From Lama guanicoe (taxonomy: Eukaryota), in the NCBI GenBank assembly GCA_013239625.1, contig MU054323.1, positions 15,628,029-15,692,028 of the forward strand: a stretch of DNA of 64,000 nt, written 5' to 3'. A model generated the notes under the pieces. That model made no database searches and was not told where the DNA came from. It worked only from the letters and a program-made list of their open reading frames with translations. Both the position numbers and the translations under genes were made by a program. Below are positions 63,961 to 64,000 of the stretch, in pieces; the stretch's first letter is position 1; every line of letters begins with the position of its first letter.

Positions 63961-64000
63961 AAAGCCCCCCTTATTCTCCCTTTTGGGGCCTGCACACTGT

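Noticed and set aside
1..64000. CRISPR arrays, prokaryotic operons, rRNA
   Set aside because: Eukaryotic repeat-rich DNA; no regularly spaced direct repeats or rRNA-like sequence seen.

Overview
Mammalian genomic DNA, probably camelid (inferred from tRNA-derived Vic-1-type SINEs and young L1 3' ends), rich in L1, L2, MIR, MaLR/ERVL LTR and DNA-transposon remnants. No intact protein-coding exon of a known gene is visible. The stretch ~43,560-43,746 (+) matches my recollection of the non-coding first exon of VIT (vitrin), so everything to its right is probably VIT intron 1 and the left part is the FEZ2-VIT interval. The main signal is a chain of about 30 exon-like segments on the minus strand from ~60.9 kb to ~2.4 kb. 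They have AG/GT boundaries, mostly consistent splice phases and protein-like translation, but also scattered stops, frameshifts and one SINE insertion. This looks like a large decayed (unitary-type) gene I cannot name, lying antisense to VIT with VIT exon 1 nested in one of its introns. All exon calls are manual, with no alignment or database search; repeat family names are from recall and boundaries are approximate.
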